From Antedon mediterranea (lineage: Eukaryota > Animalia > Echinodermata), in the NCBI RefSeq assembly GCF_964355755.1, contig NC_092675.1, positions 11,279,812 to 11,343,811 on the forward strand: DNA of 64,000 nt. The letters are read 5' to 3'. The position numbers and the translations under genes are program-made. This document shows, in pieces, positions 61,101-64,000 of the stretch; the stretch's first letter is position 1, and each line of letters begins with the position of its first letter. A model generated the notes under the pieces. The model saw only the letters and a list, made by a program, of their open reading frames with translations. It was not told the origin of the DNA and ran no database searches.

Positions 61101-63226
61101 TCAATATTGAACACTTACTAGAGTATTTTCGAAGCAAAATAAACTATCTATGATGATACATACGACGGGCTGTGAAGGAACTGAAGCTGAAGTGAGTGTA
61201 TTGGAACATGTACAGGTTATACTAACACTTAACTACACAAGACGAGGAAATCTCCAAATCACTTTAACATCTCCACAAGGTATCAATGGGTCGACAAAAT
61301 TGTTTCTATTGTTCTACATCCTATATTTTCTTCAATTCAGTTTGAAAATACGACGGTATTTATTTATATCAAAATAGTTAAATGAATTACAATATCCTAA
61401 ATCTGTATCTCCCTAAGGTACTTCAACCAATTTACTCGAACCTCGTCAAACTGATGAATCACAGGAAGGTTTTCGAGATTGGGCTTTTATGTCCGTTCAC
61501 ACGTGGGGTGAAAATCCTTCAGCAAGAGGAGGTGAATGGCAACTTACTATTGAAGATTTGGTAGGAAGACATTGATTCATAATAAACTAGACAATACTGC
61601 AACGGTTCCTTGTAATATTTCCATAGGGTGCTTACCATATTATTATTATCCTTATTGACAACCGGGGATAACAGTGTCCAACATGGCATACAATTAAATA
61701 GTGGGCGATAGGCCTACAAGCATCAAAATAGCAATAACAAACTTAAATAAAATTTTCACTAACTTTAAGAACTTCAAAAACAAATTTTGACAGTAATAAA
61801 GGTTCAATAGAAAATAAAAACATACATATCCAGAAACTAAATTCCACAAATGACGCGCGAAGAAGTGTAATTTATTTTATTCTTTTAGTTTTTATTTGGA
61901 AACGGCTATCTGCGATTATTATTTATGCTTCACCAGAAGGTTTCATTTTTATTCCGTCTTTCCTGTATGTATTTATAGCTAATTATTACATAATTCATAA
62001 TACAAGAGTTTTTGGTTGTTGATTGATAATTATTTGCATTTGTAGGGCACAAACGACGGTAACTCTGGGGTGCTTATATCTTGGGAGCTTGTTTTACATG
62101 GAATGAAGAATCAACCAGAATACCAAAAACAAGGTCGGAAATATGTAGATAATTATAATGAAGTCAAGGATGAAAAGGTATAGTAATAGAGAGGTTTCGC
62201 AATCTTACGAATACGATAACGAAAACGGATACGACACGTATTCGTTTTTCGTAAGCCAGTAAAAATCTTGTTTCGCATGGCAACGAAATATTGAGGGCGC
62301 CGTCCAAAATATGACTGCGTTAAATTTGAGCGAAGCGCAGATACGTGTTGCTTGGTGTGCTTGGCTGTTGCCTAGGCCTAGCGTAACATCAAAGCGAGTG
62401 AGGACTTTAAAAACTGCTATTTATCAAAATTGACCTGGCATTTTAGTAAATTACTTTAGTGAATTACTTTCAATAAATCTAGTTATATTATAATGAATCA
62501 TTCCTGATTCAAATGCAAAATGTGCAAAATAGATCAAAAACTATACTCGTTTTGTAGTTACGACTATGAAATGGGGATCAGCTCAAAAGTTTCACAAATG
62601 TGTGACGTATCCGTTGTCGTTATCGTATTCGTAAGGTTGCGAAACCTCCCTAATGACATATTTTCATTTCCAATTTAAATAATCAGTTTATCATGCTATA
62701 GGTTTGAGTTTCGACTTTCTTAATTTTGACCTAAGCCGTTCACACCATCTGGGTGACCTCTTGCCATATCGTCCTATCTTATGACGTTCTAGTTGCACTT
62801 GTTTTAGGGATCCTTGGTTTCTTGATGTTCAGGCTGCCTTCAGACAGTCTAACCATTTCTTACTTGGTCTCCCTCGTTGTCTATTTTCTTGGACAACTTC
62901 ACCCAAAAGTAAATTTGGGTATCTTGTGGAGGGCATCCTGATAATATGTCAAAAATACCGTAGCCTCTATTTGGCTATCCTTGCTTTAATTTTGCGGCTC
63001 CAATGTTGATGTTGATATCCTGATGTGATTTAGTGATTAATTTATTTTTTAGATAATTGTAGCTCAAATAGAACAATGAACCATGTGTTTACTCTTTCAG
63101 AGGCAGAGAATACATAGTCATCTAGAAGAGTCAATGACGGAACAATTAGAGGAATTAAAAGAAGCTAGAGATTGGGCTAAGGGATTTATATCTTATTTTA
63201 ATTCTAAAGATACAAACCGTCAATAG
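27962..63226 (+). CDS. PCSK1: Prohormone convertase 1/3 (neuroendocrine convertase 1), 13 exons, about 661 aa: join(27962-28132,40601-40705,41763-41885,42056-42164,42441-42555,48287-48375,48756-48928,49902-50215,60212-60439,61122-61279,61418-61560,62046-62177,63101-63226)
   Basis: Signal peptide, prodomain ending RQKR, subtilisin triad IDDG / HGTRCAGE / GTSAS, oxyanion Asn (ASGNG, so not PC2) and a P domain. No Cys-rich or TM region (so not furin/PC5). PC1-type motifs [31 protein letters not shown]. All exon phases join in frame. Confidence 0.93.
28399..28501 (+). mobile_element. HINE/DINE-1-like short element, copy 3
   Basis: Same family as 22197; ends gagtcgcgatgcacgcgactaaaaa. Confidence 0.7.
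29552..29990 (-). mobile_element. Rex1/CR1-group LINE 3' fragment
   Basis: Minus translation [26 protein letters not shown] and a (GAATCT)n tail at about 29552-29570. Confidence 0.6.
31060..31800. repeat. About 160-bp tandem array (about 5 diverged units) with paired ggccgccat(t/c)tt / aaaatggccgcc motifs
   Basis: Units start near 31066, 31219, 31379, 31543 and 31694. Shared gattttggtggcaa and ggtcaaggaatc(t/c)aaatacagc. Confidence 0.8.
33120..35464. repeat. Long inverted repeat: arms 33120-33970 and 34516-35464, loop about 545 bp
   Basis: Arms are near-exact reverse complements, each with the same internal ~145-bp duplication. The right arm has about 100 bp extra (about 34833-34930). Confidence 0.95.
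34270..34517 (-). mobile_element. tRNA-derived SINE with a LINE-like 3' stem-loop tail
   Basis: Minus strand: A-box TGGCTTGGTGG, CTTGG/CCAAG anticodon-like stem, B-box GGTTCAAATCC. Tail gagggtccc...atcaccctcattaaa. Confidence 0.7.
36108..36538. repeat. Degenerate (CAT)n trinucleotide microsatellite
   Basis: About 430 bp of cat/cac/cgt/tat triplets. Confidence 0.97.
37195..37355 (-). mobile_element. RTE-clade LINE 3' fragment
   Basis: [16 protein letters not shown]...NRKKWKQIV*. Confidence 0.65.
38973..39278. mobile_element. Tc1/mariner-pogo type MITE
   Basis: TA|ccgtaaaatctcgtaaagaa ... ttcttgtcgaggttttcagg|TA. Confidence 0.6.
40601..40705 (+). CDS. PCSK1: PC1/3 exon 2 (prodomain)
   Basis: [35 protein letters not shown]; ag/gt boundaries. 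Confidence 0.95.
41763..41885 (+). CDS. PCSK1: PC1/3 exon 3 (RQKR autoactivation site)
   Basis: [19 protein letters not shown]...[12 protein letters not shown]. Confidence 0.95.
42056..42164 (+). CDS. PCSK1: PC1/3 exon 4 (catalytic Asp)
   Basis: [37 protein letters not shown]|gtaaga. Confidence 0.95.
42441..42555 (+). CDS. PCSK1: PC1/3 exon 5
   Basis: [37 protein letters not shown]. Confidence 0.95.
45183..45443. repeat. 14-bp minisatellite (gaatgaaatgtttt)n, about 18 units
   Basis: Read directly; degenerate at both edges. Confidence 0.97.
45700..46110 (-). mobile_element. Penelope-like element 3' remnant with a degenerate hammerhead motif
   Basis: Minus TQPFRLNIR resembles the GIY-YIG C-terminal PxGLN motif. 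Downstream lies ttgatgaa-gggc-tagtgtt-gccc-aaaag (45789-45817). Confidence 0.5.
46906..48231 (-). mobile_element. Non-autonomous Helitron
   Basis: Minus strand A|TCTATATATAAAT ... CTAG|T with no TSD. 3' GC-rich hairpin ctagatggtacgc..gcgtaccatctag. Internal duplication about 47380-47450 / 48052-48128. Confidence 0.75.
48287..48375 (+). CDS. PCSK1: PC1/3 exon 6 (catalytic His)
   Basis: [29 protein letters not shown]. Confidence 0.97.
48756..48928 (+). CDS. PCSK1: PC1/3 exon 7
   Basis: [14 protein letters not shown]...[20 protein letters not shown]...|gtaagt. Confidence 0.97.
49103..49287 (-). mobile_element. HINE/DINE-1-like element, copy 4
   Basis: tttttagtcgcgtggacgcgactc..(gtcg/gtct)n..acgcgacttatggctgttggccttgtt. 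Confidence 0.7.
49377..49821. repeat. About 90-100-bp inverted repeat enclosing a second hairpin (MITE-like)
   Basis: 49377-49464 is the reverse complement of 49737-49821. Inner pair gctaagttatgaacaatttctg / cagaaattgttcataactcagc spans 49483-49579. Confidence 0.85.
49902..50215 (+). CDS. PCSK1: PC1/3 exon 8 (oxyanion Asn and catalytic Ser)
   Basis: [25 protein letters not shown]...[21 protein letters not shown]. Confidence 0.97.
51450..52606. repeat. About 155-160-bp tandem array (about 7 units), interrupted by the BEL insertion
   Basis: Unit ttgggttaatttgggcaaatccata..ccttaaggatcgagagtgcacaggcag at about 51452, 51670, 51814, 51975, 52129, 52283 and 52455. The motif resumes at about 59250. 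Confidence 0.9.
52607..53348 (-). repeat. 3' LTR (742 bp)
   Basis: Near-identical to 58433-59177. Confidence 0.97.
53374..58398 (-). CDS. BEL/Pao Gag-Pol polyprotein (1674 aa from the ATG at 58398)
   Basis: Gag with [14 protein letters not shown] and C...C...HH knuckles, protease LWDSC, RT with KGPD / YVDD, RNase H FSDASEKA, integrase HHCC plus D(LFGP)-D(AGTQ)-E, and the C-terminal FWKKW..Y/W.LGRV domain. Order PR-RT-RH-IN. Confidence 0.97.
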   Translation of the reverse strand: MDEIKRRRSVQKGAMTRVIKTIQQAMEESSPVEYLEILIVDMTEIWKKIQDLHVEIQMKIEDPEDAEQAAWIEEVQNRFNDVRRGVIKYKANVNPPVKVQEDERDPKEKRSTLQLKKMDLPRFEGNVRRYARFKEDIKTFVIPVTHPKQLSFALRQTLGQAPLKILGPVEDNIDLMWERLDERYGDKVKLVDTIVSELEQKREIKDGEDNKLVTYIDKVEASYHDLKRAGLEREISNSKVVGEIEKKLPPSVFGRWVRHMHEEANGVDKTDRFPELLKFLTRERRSVEYAMGAIRTNQPTKAAASMHMVEISSRPKCLLHKESQHETKNCRTFLNKSVDERLNILKENRACFCCLTAGHIIAKCKGKKQCDTDGCRRLHHKLLHQQTQNTEPIPTVSSLENSLQMKSDPCLLQLMKVRSGKNELNTLWDSCATASLITHDAAKRIKAKGRPVKISMIKVGGQTECIDSMKYKILLNDNMGNCVAVEAYGIPKITAKIGNQNLENLAKILNVYPEQVKRPTGEVDLLVGYEYAGYHPTKIKACGHLVLLKNQFGQCIGGSHPSIEWEEGAGILVNYVKTTSFDDFLTIESMGVNCQPKCGSCRCGKCPSGAQKYTLKEERELKLIEDNLLYEAGKWTARYPWIKDPNNLPDNKKVAVAKLAALEKRLMKDSAKKKIYEEQIADMLKRGVAREIKETELQEYKGPIHYISHHAVEKPDSSSTPVRIVFNSSAAYKGHVLNDYWAKGPDLVNDLLAVLLRFRERPHALVGDIRKMYHSVAITQLDQHCHRFLWRDLNQNTLPKTYCVTAVNFGDRPSATIATVALRKTAEAGKLSTPEAAETVLNNVYVDDILECEESAKKARQRAEEIEKLIQPGNFAIKHWIFSGREKLEETWNPKEEKVLGISWKPGDDVLAFTDNVRTFKEIPEVLTKRICLSKINSVYDPLGLITPITVRAKILLRKLWGAKLEWDEAINTSERAEWIDLFEDLSTTSSVEFRRCVKPLDAKPGILPSLIMFSDASEKALGAVAYVRYEQWDGQFSSQIVASKSRVAPIEIISVVRLELSAAVMSKRLAQYIINETRIKFDQVFYIVDSEIVRAMVQKQSYGFKTFAATRIGEIQQDTEPQDWWWCRGEVNIADAITRGMNPSQIGPNSEWQKGPEFLRQPVENWPIEQSCNIKTLPERVKIVMAVNIEEEDSLADRIIRRQSKYQKLLRVTARVLKVYEKRRLKSILEEIEVKDTKGAEHFWIKESQKIMINLLSKDKTKFDKTYARLGPKIREDGVIVVGKRISRNVHFSYNKQEVPLLPYDNAFTKLYAKEIHSKGHLGVQSTVAKIRSKYWIIDVQRMVKSIKYHCVTCRRFEKNTAAQKMGPLPITRLKPSPPWMYIGVDLFGPFTTRGEVNKRARGKAYGVVFDCFVTRAVYIDIATDYSTDAFLQVFRKFVSLRGYPKEIYSDAGTQLSAAAKQLKSFGVNHGTTWKFSTPDAPWQNGVTESLIRGIKKALSHAIGGQVLAFSELQTVMFEVANLTNERPIGKHPTDPQDGSYLSPNDLLLGRSTGKVPDEPWSDNVSIKDRLKFIQCLVNGFWKKWTRDYFPSLIIRQKWHTIRRDVKKGDVVLIQDSNAVRGKWRLGRVTETYQSTDDRVRNAEVRVHTETGLVTTLKRAVQRLVVILPIEEQ
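58433..59177 (-). repeat. 5' LTR (745 bp)
   Basis: By eye it differs from the 3' LTR by 2 substitutions and a 3-bp aat indel. Confidence 0.97.
60212..60439 (+). CDS. PCSK1: PC1/3 exon 9 (ends at a GC donor)
   Basis: [21 protein letters not shown]...FGFGLL...[20 protein letters not shown]|gcaagt. Confidence 0.92.
60523..60918 (+). mobile_element. MITE family A, copy 2 (internally deleted)
   Basis: TA|gagaggttttgcaatcctacga ... tcgtaaggttgcgaaacatccc|TA. Confidence 0.88.
61122..61279 (+). CDS. PCSK1: PC1/3 exon 10 (P domain)
   Basis: VFSKQNK...GCEG...[27 protein letters not shown]. Confidence 0.93.
61418..61560 (+). CDS. PCSK1: PC1/3 exon 11 (P domain)
   Basis: [33 protein letters not shown]...WQLTIEDL. 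Confidence 0.95.
62046..62177 (+). CDS. PCSK1: PC1/3 exon 12
   Basis: [26 protein letters not shown]...YNEVKDEK. Confidence 0.92.
62189..62650 (+). mobile_element. MITE family A, copy 3
   Basis: TA|gagaggtttcgcaatcttacga ... tcgtaaggttgcgaaacctccc|TA, 11 bp after the end of exon 12. Confidence 0.9.
62705..63010 (-). mobile_element. RTE-clade LINE 3' fragment
   Basis: Minus [20 protein letters not shown]...[12 protein letters not shown]. Confidence 0.75.
63101..63226 (+). CDS. PCSK1: PC1/3 last exon (short C-terminal tail)
   Basis: ctctttcag|AGG.. [41 protein letters not shown]; phase matches exon 12. Confidence 0.7.
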   Translation, partial: RQRIHSHLEESMTEQLEELKEARDWAKGFISYFNSKDTNRQ

Positions 63227-64000
63227 AACCTAAGTCTGTCGTAACGCATCATCTAAGTGTTACTCAATATTCTCCAAGAACCTCATTAACTGAACTACAT
63301 TCTTAGAAACCTCGAAAAGGGGTGTATACAAAAGGTGTTTGAACAAATCAATATTCCAATGACCTAAAATGTGTTTTCTTTTAACGGTAGGCCTACACTA
63401 CATAAGCCGATATTCCCACAAATTTAGCCACATTAACCAATGTTGAGAGAGTGTACCATTAACGGAGGATGCTGAAACGAATGTCACTTTATTCTGGTTA
63501 AATTCCAATAATGTAAATTTGATGATATGTATACTATGTGTAATATAATTCTGTAAATTCAAATTGTTACGATATTTACGTGTTGCAATGTTACATTGAT
63601 ACTTACTTACACGTTGTGTCTCAGTAGTAGTGTTCAGAATACTGTTTCTTTAATGTAGTCGTCATAATGTTAAATAGGTCAATTGTAAATATATAACTTA
63701 CATTTACATCTACAATATACCAGGACTAAAAACGGGCTGTCAACTTTCAAACACCCGTCTAAGATTTGTAACTTTTAGAATGAAGTGATTCTTTTATTTT
63801 TCTCGGGAAACAAACATCGACCCTGTATGCACTGACTTGGTACCAGTTTAGTATCAACCGTTGTTCAACACATTTCCTTAGTAAAACATAAGGGAAATAA
63901 AGTATATTCTTAATAAAATTGTGACTTCATTTGTTATATTATTAAATTTACTGTTTTTAATTTTAAGATCTAATCAAGAAAGCGCAGTACAAAAAAACCC

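Noticed and set aside
27962-63226. Assignment of the convertase as furin or PC2
   Set aside because: Oxyanion residue is Asn (PC2 has Asp); no Cys-rich or transmembrane region; PC1-specific motifs present.

Overview
AT-rich, intron- and repeat-rich eukaryotic genomic DNA. It is from an invertebrate animal (inferred from gene and transposon content); it is not prokaryotic and has no CRISPR or rRNA. Two host genes lie on the + strand. (1) The last four exons of coatomer subunit epsilon (COPE, 8018-19229). (2) A complete 13-exon neuroendocrine prohormone convertase PC1/3 (PCSK1-like, 27962-63226, about 661 aa) with an intact D/H/N/S catalytic set, one GC-AG intron, an RRGNL P-domain variant and a short C-terminal tail. 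The introns are full of mobile DNA: a truncated Sola2-like transposase, a decayed R2/NeSL-type RT+RLE retrotransposon, an intact and very recent BEL/Pao LTR element (52607-59177, antisense, ATAAT TSD), a non-autonomous Helitron, piggyBac/Tc1-pogo/TA-type MITEs, HINE-like elements, RTE/L2/Rex/Penelope tails, a tRNA-derived SINE, minisatellites and an ~850-bp-arm inverted repeat. The most intriguing observation is that the BEL element has no tRNA primer-binding site. Instead, an 8-mer inside its LTR is complementary to the bases directly after the LTR, the geometry of Tf1-type self-priming. This is a hypothesis only. Most short ORFs in the track are spurious.
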